DNA of 62,321 nucleotides, the filler included. It is 3 parts of 3 records of this genome, joined end to end, with 100 filler letters (N's around TTAATTAATTAA, not from the genome) between each part and the next. Parts side by side here need not be neighbours in the genome. Positions count along the whole stretch, not along the records: positions 15,815 to 32,559 come from SRR31156797_7502; 2 more parts are not named here. One strand, written 5' to 3'. The stretch's first letter is position 1; each line of letters starts with the position of its first letter. Below are positions 18,434 to 29,161 of the stretch, piece after piece. Position numbers and translations under genes: made by a program. A model generated the notes under the pieces. It saw nothing but the letters and a program-made list of their open reading frames with translations. It was not told where the DNA came from and searched no databases.

Positions 18434-19603
18434 ATGGCACACAACGACGTTCTTATTCTTGGAGCCGGAGCTTCCGGCCTGTATTGCGCCATGACCGCCG
18501 CCAAACGCGGCCTCAAGGTCATGGTTCTGGACCACGGCGCCAAGCCCGCACGCAAGATTCGCGTGTCCGGCGGAGGCAAGTGTAATTTTACCAACCTGAA
18601 TGTGACGCACACCGACTACATCTGTCGCAATCCGCACTTCGTTAAGTCCGCATTGGCACGTCTTTCGCCATGGGACGTAATCGCCCTTCTGGCCGAAGAT
18701 AGTATCACCTACGAAGAACGCGAACACGGCCAGCTTTTCACTGAGCAGGGAGCCGGAAAAGTCGCAGGTTCGCTGATGACCCGGTGCACTCGTGCCGGAG
18801 TGGATGTCAGGATGGGAAACGAAATAAAAAGCGTATCCGGGACCGGACCATTCTCCGTGACAACAGGCGATGACGTTTTTACAGCGGACAAACTGGTTAT
18901 CGCTCTGGGTGGTCCGTCATGGCCTCAGGTCGGAGCCACGGACCTCGGCTTCCGTCTGGCGAAACAGTTCGGCCTACAGATGGTCAAGCCTCGTCCGGGA
19001 CTCGTCCCGCTGATATTTCCAAAACAACTGCAAGACTTTTGTCAAGATATGGCAGGAAACGCCCTGCCCGCCACAGTGGAAACCGAAGGGGCTCGATTCA
19101 CCGATCCATTGCTGTTTACCCACAAGGGGATTTCCGGTCCGGCCACGTTACAGGCGTCTTCATATTGGTGCTCTGGACGGCCCGTGATCATTGATTTTCT
19201 ACCGAGCCAATCCGTTGAAAACTTTATCGAAGAGCATCGAAGCTCCAACGCCCAACTCCGCAACCTGCTCGGCCATGTCATGCCCAAAAAGCTGCCCGGC
19301 CTGCTCGTTTCTGGCGCACTCGGTGAAACCTCTGTCAGCCAGCTTTCCGCGAAACAGATCGAAGCGGCTTCCAACCGGATTCATCGGTTCACCGTAGTCC
19401 CGGCATCCACCGAAGGGTATGCCAAGGCCGAAGTCTGCGTCGGTGGAATCGACACTGACGAGATTTCATCCAAGTCAATGGAGTGTAAAAACGTTCCGGG
19501 CCTTTCAATCATCGGAGAAGCCATGGACGTGACCGGCCACCTCGGCGGGTTCAACCTGCATTGGGCATTCGCATCCGGTGCTGCTTGCGGAGAGCACCTA
19601 TAA
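18434..19603 (+). CDS. HI0933/YhiN (BaiN-like) flavoprotein
   Basis: ILGAGASG, KIRVSGGGKCNFTN, LFTHKGISGP, GGFNLHWAFASG. Confidence 0.92.
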   Translation: MAHNDVLILGAGASGLYCAMTAAKRGLKVMVLDHGAKPARKIRVSGGGKCNFTNLNVTHTDYICRNPHFVKSALARLSPWDVIALLAEDSITYEEREHGQLFTEQGAGKVAGSLMTRCTRAGVDVRMGNEIKSVSGTGPFSVTTGDDVFTADKLVIALGGPSWPQVGATDLGFRLAKQFGLQMVKPRPGLVPLIFPKQLQDFCQDMAGNALPATVETEGARFTDPLLFTHKGISGPATLQASSYWCSGRPVIIDFLPSQSVENFIEEHRSSNAQLRNLLGHVMPKKLPGLLVSGALGETSVSQLSAKQIEAASNRIHRFTVVPASTEGYAKAEVCVGGIDTDEISSKSMECKNVPGLSIIGEAMDVTGHLGGFNLHWAFASGAACGEHL

Positions 19604-19640
19604 AAACGGTTGTGTGAAGTGCTGCGCTGCCACACTGATT

Positions 19641-19688
19641 AAAAAAAGAATAAGGGGAGAGACACATGCGTGTCTCTCCCCTTATTCT
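19641..19688 (-). terminator. Intrinsic terminator between convergent genes
   Basis: 19-bp perfect stem AGAATAAGGGGAGAGACAC/GTGTCTCTCCCCTTATTCT with an A-tract on the left. Confidence 0.85.
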
Positions 19689-19714
19689 ATCAAATAAAGT
19701 TGAAAATTTGAGGA

Positions 19715-20323
19715 CTAAACCTGAGCCTTTTCCCAAAAATCTGGCCAGAGTTTAAGCAATTTTTGCATGGCGTTACCACGATGGGAACGCTTATTTTTGA
19801 CGTCGGCATCCAGTTCAGCCACATGGCAGCCAAGCTCGGGGTCAATGACGATGACATCGTACCCGAAACCGCCTTTTCCTTTATAACCATGTCCTACCTG
19901 AATTTCGTAAGCTCCGTCAGTATTGATTTCTTCACCATTGGGCGCGGAAGCAGCCATGACACAACGATAACGCCCCGTACGCTTCTCGTCGGGGACATCT
20001 TTCATCTCTGCCAGCATCTTTTCATTATTGGCGTGGTCGTCACAATCTTCGCCAGCGTAACGAGCCGAATATACACCGGGACGACCATCAAGTGCGTCAA
20101 TTTCAATACCGGAATCATCGGCTACCGCCACAAGGCCGGTAATCTTTGCCACGGTGCGCGCCTTAATGAAGGCGTTCTCAAGAAAAGTATCACCGGTTTC
20201 GGGAATTTCTCCGATCTCCGGGAACTCAGACAGGCTCTTCACCTGCACGCCGAATGGCTCCAGCATGGAGGAAAGTTCTTTAATTTTGCCTTTGTTATTG
20301 GTGGCGAGGACAATGGTTTTCAT
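19715..20323 (-). CDS. rdgB: XTP/dITP diphosphatase (Ham1)
   Basis: LATNNKGK, ADDSG, PGVYSARYAG, GFGYD, KRSHRG. Confidence 0.95.
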   Translation of the reverse strand: MKTIVLATNNKGKIKELSSMLEPFGVQVKSLSEFPEIGEIPETGDTFLENAFIKARTVAKITGLVAVADDSGIEIDALDGRPGVYSARYAGEDCDDHANNEKMLAEMKDVPDEKRTGRYRCVMAASAPNGEEINTDGAYEIQVGHGYKGKGGFGYDVIVIDPELGCHVAELDADVKNKRSHRGNAMQKLLKLWPDFWEKAQV

Positions 20324-20415
20324 GGCTATCCCTTTATACAGCTGTCGGTTCGAAACCACGTCACCACCCCCTTTGAAGGGGATGGCAACCTGAGAAAATG
20401 TGTTGTGATGATTCC

Positions 20416-21924
20416 TTACTCGGACTCGCTGTCTTCCGCAACCGCGAGCAGTGGCGGAAGGAAGAGGGTCAACTTGGTTCCGATTTTTTCCACGGAAACC
20501 AGATCAACCTGCCCACCGATTTCCGCAATAATCTTTCTGGTCTGCGCAAGGCCAAGCCCTGCTCCCTTGTCTCGGGTAGAAAAAAATGGGCTGAATATCT
20601 TGTCACGAATTTCAAGCGGAATACCTTCGCCAGTGTCCTCCACAGAAAGCACGGCGTGGTCCTGGCTCATACAAGTCGTAACGAACAGCTTACCACCATC
20701 AAGCATAGCCTCCAGCGCATTTTTCACCAGATTAATGAGGCACTGTTTAATCAGATCCGGGTTGGCCTGCACTCGTGCCATGGTCGGGTCCAAGTCCACA
20801 TGTGCGACCACTTTCTGATTTGAACATGGCAGACGCATGACATTCATGGTGGTTTCCACCAATTCGTTCAGGTCCACTTCTTTGACTTCAGCACCAGTAG
20901 GACGAGTGAAATTAAGCAGACTCTTAAGTATTCCGTCCAACCGTTTGGATTCGTCGAGTATAATGGACAATTTTTCGCGAGCTTTGTCGTCCATTCCTTC
21001 ATATCGCATAAGGGAGTTGGCAAAACCGCTGATGGAAAAAAGCGGATTACGGATTTCATGGGCCATATAAGTTGACAATTCACCGATGGACGCAAGCTTT
21101 TCCGCCTGCTGCAAACGATTCTCCATGGACGTTCGAAGAGTGATGTCTCGCCGGGAAGCCACCACATGATTGACGGCTCCATCTTCGTCAAAAATCGGCG
21201 TAATGTAGACCCGAAAATACCGAACGCGACCATCCTCATCCACATGACTCGTCAAAGCTTCAGCCGGAGCCCGTGTCGACATAGCCTGTTGGAATGGGTC
21301 CTGAGAAAACTCGCACTCACCGTTACTTGAATCAGTGAAAACTTCGCAGTAAGAACGCCCCAAAATTTCGCGTTTGGGAACACCCTGCTTATCAACCACA
21401 ACCTTGTTCATGCCTATTACCTTGCCATCATGATCCAGAAACAATATCTCCTGATCAATCTGATCGACAATGGTCTTGAGCATATTCTGAGTATGAAGCA
21501 AGTCGATTTTGCAAGCCACCCAGACTTTGTCGGAAGTCAGCAGGTTAATGAAGAAACTGGCGGCACTGCGTTCCACCAACGTGATGCTCGGCGGTAAATA
21601 GTTGCGCAGCTCATATATCAAACTTGGACGGCCAGTGGCCTCGATAATCATGTTGATCTCAGGGTGATGCTCCAGCATGGTCTTGTACCCTGCATACGTG
21701 GGGATATGTCGGCCAGAGTCGTCGGCCTCGGGCAGGACACTCTCTCCCGGAAGGGCCGCCGCAACTACGCCAATTTCCTTAAGCGCCTCGTCATTGCTCT
21801 GGTCCTTGAACATTTGCCAGAACGTCAAAAGGGCGGGGATATCGCCGATGACGCCGATGACATACCGTTTGTCATTGATATACGAAGCTCCGAGCAATTT
21901 GACCTCCTCTCCGTACCTGTGCAC
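20416..21924 (-). CDS. Cytoplasmic PAS sensor histidine kinase
   Basis: PAS/PAC, AHEIRNPL H-box, NLVKNA, EDTGEGI, GAGLGL; no TM segment. Confidence 0.92.
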   Translation of the reverse strand: MHRYGEEVKLLGASYINDKRYVIGVIGDIPALLTFWQMFKDQSNDEALKEIGVVAAALPGESVLPEADDSGRHIPTYAGYKTMLEHHPEINMIIEATGRPSLIYELRNYLPPSITLVERSAASFFINLLTSDKVWVACKIDLLHTQNMLKTIVDQIDQEILFLDHDGKVIGMNKVVVDKQGVPKREILGRSYCEVFTDSSNGECEFSQDPFQQAMSTRAPAEALTSHVDEDGRVRYFRVYITPIFDEDGAVNHVVASRRDITLRTSMENRLQQAEKLASIGELSTYMAHEIRNPLFSISGFANSLMRYEGMDDKAREKLSIILDESKRLDGILKSLLNFTRPTGAEVKEVDLNELVETTMNVMRLPCSNQKVVAHVDLDPTMARVQANPDLIKQCLINLVKNALEAMLDGGKLFVTTCMSQDHAVLSVEDTGEGIPLEIRDKIFSPFFSTRDKGAGLGLAQTRKIIAEIGGQVDLVSVEKIGTKLTLFLPPLLAVAEDSESE

Positions 21925-21999
21925 ACTTGTCCGAGCCGGACTCTGGTTTCCGGTTCTTCAATAATACAGCATTTGCAAAGCCAGAGCAAAGGAAATGAA

Positions 22000-23328
22000 A
22001 TGTCACAACTAACTGACAAAACAGTAAGAGTTTATACAATAAGCTTGGGTTGCCCCAAGAATCGCGTGGATACGGAACGACTTCTCGGAACCCTCGGCTC
22101 AGCTATGGGTCCGGTGGACTCCGTGGAAGAGGCCGATCTTGTGCTCATAAATACCTGCGGGTTCATTCAACCAGCCACCGAAGAATCGATCACAACCATT
22201 CTCGACGCTGTCCGTGATGCAGCCGAGGTCATGGAAAAAACAGGACGAAAACCACTGCTATGCGTGGCTGGATGTCTTGTCTCCCGATACGGGCAGGACT
22301 TGAAGAATGAACTGCCTGAAGTGGACCTCTGGCTCACGACCGAAGAAATGCATCTGTGGCCGGATATGGCAGCTAAAGCCCTCTCGGTTTCGGTGGAGCG
22401 GGATACGCCGCGCAACCTATCAACCGGCCCAGCGTATGCCTACCTGAAAGTCTCCGAAGGTTGTTCCCATAACTGCCGATTCTGTACCATCCCGTCCATC
22501 CGAGGGCCGCACAAGAGTTGGCCCGTGGACTTTCTCATCGATGAAGCAGAACAACTCGCCAACTCGGTCTCGGAAATCATCGTGGTGGGGCAGGATTCCA
22601 CGGCCTACGGTTCGGATCTCGGCTCCGGCCATGATCTTGAAACGCTGGTCAAAGGGGTGGCTGACATATCCGCTCTTCAATGGCTACGCATCATGTACCT
22701 CTATCCTGCAGGCCTGACCGAATCCTTACTCTCGATCCTCAAGGAACATGTCCCGCCATTTCTGTCATATTTCGACATCCCACTTCAACACGCGCACCCC
22801 GATGTGCTTTCATCCATGGGCCGACCGTTTGCCCGAAATCCGGAAAAAGTCATCGACCGAGTACGGTCCTTTTTCCCAGAGGCCGCACTGCGCACGACTT
22901 TCATCGTTGGCTATCCGGGAGAAACCGACGAACACTTTGAACATCTCATGGATTTTGTCCGCAAAACCCGGTTCCATCACCTCGGCGTATTCCCCTACTG
23001 GCCTGAAGATGGGACGCCAGCGGCGGCTATGGACAATCAGGTGCCGGACGAAATCAAAATGGAGCGCAGGGACGCGCTGATGGAGCTTCAGGCTGGGATC
23101 AGCGAAGAAATCCTCTCGCAATACGAAGGTAAGACTCTGCCCGTGCTTATCGAACAACCGTCAGACGAGTGGCCCGGCCTGTATGTGGGCCGAGCATGGT
23201 TTCAGGCGCCGGATGTGGACGGCGTCACCTACGTCAGTGCACCACCGGAAGTGGAGTTGACACTCGGATCAATCGTGGATGTGGAAATAGAAAAAGCAGA
23301 TACCTATGATTTGTCGGGATTGGTCTAG
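22000..23328 (+). CDS. rimO: Ribosomal protein S12 methylthiotransferase
   Basis: SLGCPKNRVD, NTCGFI, CSHNCRFCTIP radical SAM motif, YLYP, APDVDG TRAM domain. Confidence 0.96.
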   Translation: MSQLTDKTVRVYTISLGCPKNRVDTERLLGTLGSAMGPVDSVEEADLVLINTCGFIQPATEESITTILDAVRDAAEVMEKTGRKPLLCVAGCLVSRYGQDLKNELPEVDLWLTTEEMHLWPDMAAKALSVSVERDTPRNLSTGPAYAYLKVSEGCSHNCRFCTIPSIRGPHKSWPVDFLIDEAEQLANSVSEIIVVGQDSTAYGSDLGSGHDLETLVKGVADISALQWLRIMYLYPAGLTESLLSILKEHVPPFLSYFDIPLQHAHPDVLSSMGRPFARNPEKVIDRVRSFFPEAALRTTFIVGYPGETDEHFEHLMDFVRKTRFHHLGVFPYWPEDGTPAAAMDNQVPDEIKMERRDALMELQAGISEEILSQYEGKTLPVLIEQPSDEWPGLYVGRAWFQAPDVDGVTYVSAPPEVELTLGSIVDVEIEKADTYDLSGLV

Positions 23329-23419
23329 GCCGCTTCAAACGTTGGGTTTATAAACAATTTAAAAAAAGCCGTCCGGGCCGCTTACGCAGCCCGGACGAAA
23401 ATGGCAGGCAGTTCTTCGG

Positions 23420-23884
23420 TTAAACGTAATCGCCCCGATTGAACTTAAACTGTTCTGTTGCAGTCAGAGTTTCCAATTCATCAACAATGGACTTAATTTC
23501 GGGAGCAAGGTTTGCCTGACCGCCCTTGAGCGCGGCTACCTCACCTGCAATCTCATCGAGTGCCGTATAAGCGGATTTGAGTCCACCCTCCGGCCCTGCG
23601 AGTGTCGCTGCATAATTATCCCATTTGTCGAGAATGGATTCTACCTGTCCGGCCACCTGAGCGGAATTGTCGTTCGTGCTCTGCACGGCACCGACATTTC
23701 CTGCTGCGATCAGGGGATTCACAATTGGAGGCGGCACAGCACCCTGCGTCTTAGCAGGAGCGTCTCCCCGTGCCACTTCTTGATTGAGAATGTCCCCGAA
23801 GGCGTTTCCAGGCTGGCGTACCTTGTCCTTCCGTTGCGTTTGCTCCGGCTGGACGCCCTCGATCTGATCAGGACGGATCATCAT
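23420..23884 (-). CDS. Hypothetical protein (sigma54-preceded)
   Basis: Clean ORF with AGGAG RBS; C-terminal EQFKFNRGDYV; no family recognised. Confidence 0.75.
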   Translation of the reverse strand: MMIRPDQIEGVQPEQTQRKDKVRQPGNAFGDILNQEVARGDAPAKTQGAVPPPIVNPLIAAGNVGAVQSTNDNSAQVAGQVESILDKWDNYAATLAGPEGGLKSAYTALDEIAGEVAALKGGQANLAPEIKSIVDELETLTATEQFKFNRGDYV

Positions 23885-23919
23885 GGTTCTACTCCTATCC
23901 TGTGGTTTGCTTAAGATTC

Positions 23920-23935
23920 TGCAAAGACCTTGCCA
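23920..23935 (-). promoter_or_regulatory. Sigma54 (-24/-12) promoter
   Basis: Minus strand TGGCAAGGTCTTTGCA, GG-N10-GC, about 35 nt upstream of the 23884 start. Confidence 0.7.
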
Positions 23936-24160
23936 AGGGCATCAGGTTGACAACCAATTGAAAATTCTTACTTTTTAGATAGAGACACCCGGAAAAAACT
24001 TCCACTTCCTTTACAGACAGCCATATCTGATTCCATCTGACTGTAATGCAGAAGAAAAAGGTTGTCTATTCCCGCTCTGGGGGGCATAAAAAAAATAGGG
24101 AAAATCCCTTTCCTTTGACCCAACTCAAAGGGAAATGACAATACAGCAAGGAGGAGAACC

Positions 24161-24601
24161 ATGGCTGACGTCAAGAAGATTTTGTGTGCAGTGGACTTTT
24201 CCGACTATAGCCCGATGGTGGCTGACTATGCGAATATGATCGCCAAGTGCTCTCAGGCACAGGTGATCGTGCTTTATGTCGCCCCATCCCTCAGCCAATA
24301 TGTGGGATTCCACGTGCCACCCAGCTCCATTGAGAGCTTTGTGGGTGAAATCGTGACTGGTGCCGAAGACACCATGAACACATTTGTGGCTGAAAACTTC
24401 AAGGACCTCAATGTGGAAGGCAAGGTTGTCACCGGCTACCCCGCAGAAGAAATCCTCGCCATTTCCGAAGCCGAAGGTGTCGATATGGTCGTTATGGGTA
24501 CCCATGGACGAAAGGGCATTGACCGTATCCTGTTCGGTTCCGTGGCTGAAAAGGTCGTCAAGAGCTCTGCAGCTCCTGTTCTGACAGTACGCCCGGACTA
24601 G
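24161..24601 (+). CDS. Universal stress protein
   Basis: KILCAVDFS, GYPAEEI, VMGTHGRKG..LFGSVAEKVV. Confidence 0.95.
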   Translation: MADVKKILCAVDFSDYSPMVADYANMIAKCSQAQVIVLYVAPSLSQYVGFHVPPSSIESFVGEIVTGAEDTMNTFVAENFKDLNVEGKVVTGYPAEEILAISEAEGVDMVVMGTHGRKGIDRILFGSVAEKVVKSSAAPVLTVRPD

Positions 24602-24632
24602 GACGCTTTACTGACGGACATAAAAAATATAC

Positions 24633-24660
24633 AAAGGACGGCTTCGGCCGTTCTTTTTTT
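24633..24660 (+). terminator. Intrinsic terminator after usp
   Basis: AGGACGGC-ttcg-GCCGTTCT followed by a T-tract. Confidence 0.8.
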
Positions 24661-24677
24661 ATTGAGATGAGGGAAAT

Positions 24678-25778
24678 ATGAGAGATTTTAGCGTCCGTCC
24701 GGAAATTCAAGACTTTGCACCATACGTGCCGGGTCTGACCATCGAACAGATTCAGAAGCGGTATGGCCTCAACACGGTCATCAAGCTCGCCAGCAATGAA
24801 AACCCACTTGGCACGTCTCCTCTGGTCCAAAAGGCCATTGCGACAAACGCTGCCCGTGCTTTCCGCTACCCGGAAAACCATTCTCCGAGACTGGTCAAAG
24901 CCATCGCACAGACTGCAGGAGTCTCCGAGGATTGCATTCTGGTGGGCAATGGTTCGGACGAAATCATCGACATGCTATTCCGCACCAAAGGAATCCCCGG
25001 CAAATCCAATGTGGTCTGTTATGAAAATTCCTTTGCCATGTACCGAATGTGCGCCAAGTTGACAGGCCTCGAGTATCGTGAAATCCCACGCGGTGAGGAT
25101 CTGGAACTACCACTGGCCGCCATGGCCGAAGCCGCTGACGAAAACACCGCCATGGTTATCGTCACCAGCCCGGACAACCCCACGGGACTGGCTGCCACGG
25201 TGGACGACCTATCCGTACTGGCGGGAGTACTGCCGCAAGATTGCCTGTTGGTAGTGGACGAAGCATATATCGAATTTGCATGGCCACCCGAGTCCTATTC
25301 TCCGGTTCAGGCATTTGACCGGTTCGAGAATCTGGTGGCTCTACGTACCTTTTCCAAAGCATACGGGCTAGCCGGACTCCGTGTCGGATATGGCATTTTG
25401 CCACCCCAATTGGCCGCATTGATGAAAAATGCCCGCATCCCATTTACGGTCAACCTGCTGGCTGAAGAGGCTGCACTGGCTGCACTTGAAGACGAAGTAT
25501 TTTTCAATGAGACACTGCAATTAGTCATGCATGGCCGTGAATATTTCACCGAGGAATTGACCCGTCTCGGCTGCAAGGTCTGGCCGAGTCAGTCCAACTT
25601 CGTCATGTTCGAATCTCCCAAACCCGCTCAGGCCGTATTCAAGGCTCTGCTCAAAAAGGGCATCATCGTCCGCCCACTAGGCAGCTTCGGACTGGGCACA
25701 TGTATTCGCGTCAACGTGGGTACAAATGCTGAAAATGCGACTTTCATCAAAGAGCTGGAGGACGTTCTCAATGGGTAA
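24678..25778 (+). CDS. hisC: Histidinol-phosphate aminotransferase
   Basis: IKLASNENPLG, GNGSDE, VDEAY, RTFSKAYGLAGLRVGY. Confidence 0.95.
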   Translation: MRDFSVRPEIQDFAPYVPGLTIEQIQKRYGLNTVIKLASNENPLGTSPLVQKAIATNAARAFRYPENHSPRLVKAIAQTAGVSEDCILVGNGSDEIIDMLFRTKGIPGKSNVVCYENSFAMYRMCAKLTGLEYREIPRGEDLELPLAAMAEAADENTAMVIVTSPDNPTGLAATVDDLSVLAGVLPQDCLLVVDEAYIEFAWPPESYSPVQAFDRFENLVALRTFSKAYGLAGLRVGYGILPPQLAALMKNARIPFTVNLLAEEAALAALEDEVFFNETLQLVMHGREYFTEELTRLGCKVWPSQSNFVMFESPKPAQAVFKALLKKGIIVRPLGSFGLGTCIRVNVGTNAENATFIKELEDVLNG

Positions 25779-26430
25779 ACCCCTCATTGTGACCATCGAC
25801 GGCCCTGCCGGGGTCGGTAAATCCACTATGGCCAAACAATTGGCCAGGCATCTGTCCATCCCGTATCTTGATACTGGCGCCATGTTCCGGTCCATCGCCT
25901 GGAAACTGGGCGAGGGAGCATGGGAATGGGATGAAAGCCAGATTCAGACAGCGCTCGACGGCATGAAGTTCGGCTTGTCGGGCATTGGTGAAGACTCGGT
26001 GCTGACGTTGAATGACACGCCCATTGGCAGCGAAATTCGCACGGAGCAGGTTGGCATGTGGGCATCCAATATTGCCACGTTGCCAGTTATTCGTACTTTT
26101 TTGAAAACAGCGCAGCAGCACTTGGGTGAAAGATTCTCTCTGGTTGCTGAAGGTCGCGACATGGGCACCGTTATTTTCCCTGACGCACCGCACAAATTCT
26201 TTCTGGATGCATCCGTGGAAGAACGTGCCAACCGTCGGTTCAAACAACTTTCATCCATGAACAAGCCGGCTGATCTGGACGAACTAAAAAAACAGATTGC
26301 CAAACGCGATAATCAAGATCGCAACCGAGCGGTAGCTCCGCTCAAGGCCGCAGACGATGCCATGACTATAGATTCGACTGAAATGAATAAAGAGCAGGTC
26401 TTCACCGTCTTGAAAGACGGCGTAGCCTAA
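25771..26430 (+). CDS. cmk: Cytidylate kinase
   Basis: [32 protein letters not shown]. Confidence 0.96.
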   Translation: MGKPLIVTIDGPAGVGKSTMAKQLARHLSIPYLDTGAMFRSIAWKLGEGAWEWDESQIQTALDGMKFGLSGIGEDSVLTLNDTPIGSEIRTEQVGMWASNIATLPVIRTFLKTAQQHLGERFSLVAEGRDMGTVIFPDAPHKFFLDASVEERANRRFKQLSSMNKPADLDELKKQIAKRDNQDRNRAVAPLKAADDAMTIDSTEMNKEQVFTVLKDGVA

Positions 26431-26461
26431 GATATTACGGGGAGCGAACGAGGAGTTACCC

Positions 26462-27739
26462 ATGCTTGATTTAAAAATGATGCAAAAGAATCCCGAAATT
26501 GTTAGGGAGAGCCTGAAAAAACGAGGCTCGAAGATAGATGTTCAGGAATTTACCGACCTTGACACCCGGCGCAAGGAATTAATCGCCGAAGTCGAAGCGC
26601 TCAAAGCCGAAAAGAACGCGGTCGGCCCAGAAATCGCCAAGCGCAAAAAAGCTGGCGAGGACGCTTCCGATCTGCTCAAGAAAATGGGTGAAGTCTCTGG
26701 TCGTACCAAAGAATTGGACAAAGAACTCAACGAAGTTCAGGCAGCCCAAAATGAATGGATGATGGCCGTTCCCAACATCCCACACGAGTCCGTGCCCGTC
26801 GGTGCTTCCGAGGACGACAATCCGGTTCTGCGATACTGGGGCGAAAAGCCGGAACTCGATTTTGAACCCAAGGAACACTGGGAACTCGGCACCGAACTCG
26901 GCGGCCTTGATTTCGAATGTGCAGCCAAGCTGGCAGGCTCTCGTTTTTCCATCAGCTTCGGTTGGTGTGCTCGTCTGGAACGTGCCCTTGCCCAGTTGAT
27001 GCTCAACACCCAGACCGAACAGCATGGTTACACCGAGGTATTGCCTCCGTTCATCGTCAACAAGGCGACCATGACAGGCACAGGCCAGTTGCCCAAGTTT
27101 GAGGAAGACCTGTTCAAGCTGACCGATGATCGCGAATTCTATCTCATTCCCACGGCCGAAGTCCCGCTGACCAACATCTATGCGGGCGAAGTCATTGATG
27201 AAGATCTCCTTCCAGCCAAATTCTGTGCGCAGACTCCCTGCTTCCGCTCTGAAGCCGGATCTTACGGCAAGGATACCAAAGGATTGATTCGTCAGCACCA
27301 ATTCTACAAAGTAGAAATGGTCAATTTCGCCCATCCCGACAAATCCTTCGAAGCCCTTGAGGATATGACAGCTGCTGCCGAAAAGATTCTCCAATTGCTC
27401 GAAATTCCGTACCGAGTGATCGAACTCTGTACCGCCGACCTGGGATTCGGCGCGGTCAAGACGTATGACATTGAAGTCTGGTTGCCCGGTCAGAACGCGT
27501 ACCGCGAAATTTCCTCCTGCTCCAACTGTGGAGATTTTCAGGGTCGACGCGCCAACATCAAATTCCAACCCAAGGACTCCAAGAAAAAGCAGTTCGTTCA
27601 CACTTTGAACGGCTCCGGCCTTGCCATTGGTCGTTGTCTCGTGGCTGTTCTTGAAAATTATCAACAGGCTGACGGCTCTGTCGTCATTCCTGAAGTACTC
27701 AAGCCGTACATGGGTGGGATTGAGGTCGTGAAGCCGTAA
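26462..27739 (+). CDS. serS: Serine--tRNA ligase
   Basis: [41 protein letters not shown]. Confidence 0.98.
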   Translation: MLDLKMMQKNPEIVRESLKKRGSKIDVQEFTDLDTRRKELIAEVEALKAEKNAVGPEIAKRKKAGEDASDLLKKMGEVSGRTKELDKELNEVQAAQNEWMMAVPNIPHESVPVGASEDDNPVLRYWGEKPELDFEPKEHWELGTELGGLDFECAAKLAGSRFSISFGWCARLERALAQLMLNTQTEQHGYTEVLPPFIVNKATMTGTGQLPKFEEDLFKLTDDREFYLIPTAEVPLTNIYAGEVIDEDLLPAKFCAQTPCFRSEAGSYGKDTKGLIRQHQFYKVEMVNFAHPDKSFEALEDMTAAAEKILQLLEIPYRVIELCTADLGFGAVKTYDIEVWLPGQNAYREISSCSNCGDFQGRRANIKFQPKDSKKKQFVHTLNGSGLAIGRCLVAVLENYQQADGSVVIPEVLKPYMGGIEVVKP

Positions 27740-27760
27740 CAGGCTGTACTAAAAAAATGG

Positions 27761-27842
27761 AAGAGGCCGGTGAAGCAATGCTTCACCGGCCTCTTTTTTG
27801 CGCACAAAAAAAGGACGCAGCCCATGCGGACTGCGCCCCTTC
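27761..27842. terminator. Back-to-back terminators for serS (+) and the MotE-like gene (-)
   Basis: AAGAGGCCGGTGAAGCA/TGCTTCACCGGCCTCTT-T4, then an A7-led GGACGCAG..CTGCGCCC hairpin. Confidence 0.8.
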
Positions 27843-27859
27843 CATATATTTGATAAAGA

Positions 27860-28534
27860 CTACATTCCTTCGTTGAAAGGAATCTGAAGCTTGGTCAGCT
27901 CTTCTGAAAGCTTGGCAGCCTTTGACGCCTCCACAAAGGAAAGGATTTCACCAGCCTGACGGCCACGCATTCCTGACAGCACCTTGACGGCCAAATCGTC
28001 GTCCATGTTCTGCAAAATTTCGGCAGCCTTCTTGGCCTTGGTATTGGAAATCATATCAACCAATTGTTTGACACGCTTATCCTTGATGCTCTTGGCTTCC
28101 GTCAGCATTTGCTTAATCTCGGCATGAAGCTTCTGCACCTTAACAGCCTCGGCCTTGATGGAAGCCTCCATCTCCTTGAGAGTCCTCTCCTTGATGGCGA
28201 GCTCTTCTTCCTTACGCTTGAGAGCCTTCCATTCCTTTGGCAAGTCGTCTTCAGTCCGCAATGAAGAAGCCTTATCAGCCTCGGCTTCAGCCTTGGCAGT
28301 ACGATTGGCCTCGGAGTCAGCTTTGTCGGCAATGGGAGTGGTAGATTCTTTTCCTTCTTCCGCTGCAATGGCGAGACTGGAAATTCCGTCAGGTAAAACG
28401 GTCTCAACAGCTTTAAGCGTCAGAGAATCGACGCTGAGCATACCGAACACGGCAAGCTTCAGCAGGGCCAGAAAAACGAGGCTGGCGAGAACCCTAGAAA
28501 TCTTTAGATTCGTACCGAAGCGTTGCCATTTCAT
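27860..28534 (-). CDS. MotE/FlbB-like flagellar protein
   Basis: N-terminal TM, coiled coil, C-terminal LVDMISNTKAKKAAEIL..MRGRQAGEIL repeat; downstream of fliJ. 28570 is an alternative start. Confidence 0.7.
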   Translation of the reverse strand: MKWQRFGTNLKISRVLASLVFLALLKLAVFGMLSVDSLTLKAVETVLPDGISSLAIAAEEGKESTTPIADKADSEANRTAKAEAEADKASSLRTEDDLPKEWKALKRKEEELAIKERTLKEMEASIKAEAVKVQKLHAEIKQMLTEAKSIKDKRVKQLVDMISNTKAKKAAEILQNMDDDLAVKVLSGMRGRQAGEILSFVEASKAAKLSEELTKLQIPFNEGM

Positions 28535-28934
28535 CGTTTTCTTTCTCTTGGCGGGCGTTTTCTTCTTCATGATGCTTCTTGGATTGTGTTGCTTTAAGCT
28601 TCTCCAGGAGCTTCTTGTCCTTGGAGCGTTCCACTGCCTCCGCTCGACATCTTTGCAATTTGAGTTCCAAACTATTGAGATTCATCCGGGCAATGGACAT
28701 ATCCTGATCCAGAGCTTCCTTGTATTGCCGCCACAGCCACATATCGTTGGCGGATTTGTGTGAACTGTTTTCTTTCAGCAGATGCTCACGCAACAGTTCT
28801 TCCAGCTCGGTCACTTTGGCGGCCTGCTCATCTCGGGCAGCCTTGGCACGAGCCAAAGCCCCCTTGGCCTGCTCCTCAAGCTGCTCCCGATAATCGAGAA
28901 CCTTGTCGAGCTTAAATGAAAACTGCTTGGACAC
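28494..28934 (-). CDS. fliJ: Flagellar export protein FliJ
   Basis: FSFKLDKVLDYREQLEEQA..KKLLEKLK..EQKENDEMA pattern. Confidence 0.88.
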   Translation of the reverse strand: MSKQFSFKLDKVLDYREQLEEQAKGALARAKAARDEQAAKVTELEELLREHLLKENSSHKSANDMWLWRQYKEALDQDMSIARMNLNSLELKLQRCRAEAVERSKDKKLLEKLKATQSKKHHEEENARQEKENDEMATLRYESKDF

Positions 28935-28974
28935 TTTACGCTCCTACCACCACTCTCTGCACGATATCAGGGAC

Positions 28975-29148
28975 CTATTTTTTGACCAACACAGGGTTAC
29001 CTGCCAAACCACAATAGCCCTTTTCCTTGGTCTCGTCGGCCCACCTCCACATCATGCACATGGTAACCTGACACATCTTCATCTTGTCGTCGTGTGTCTT
29101 GAGCAAAGGACAGAACATGAATTTCGCATCGCTATCACTGACCAGCAT
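28975..29148 (-). CDS. 57-aa four-cysteine microprotein (absent from ORF track)
   Basis: AAGGAG RBS then MLVSDSDAKFMFCPLLKTHDDKMKMCQVTMCMMWRWADETKEKGYCGLAGNPVLVKK*. Confidence 0.75.
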   Translation of the reverse strand: MLVSDSDAKFMFCPLLKTHDDKMKMCQVTMCMMWRWADETKEKGYCGLAGNPVLVKK

Positions 29149-29161
29149 GGTATTCTCCTTT

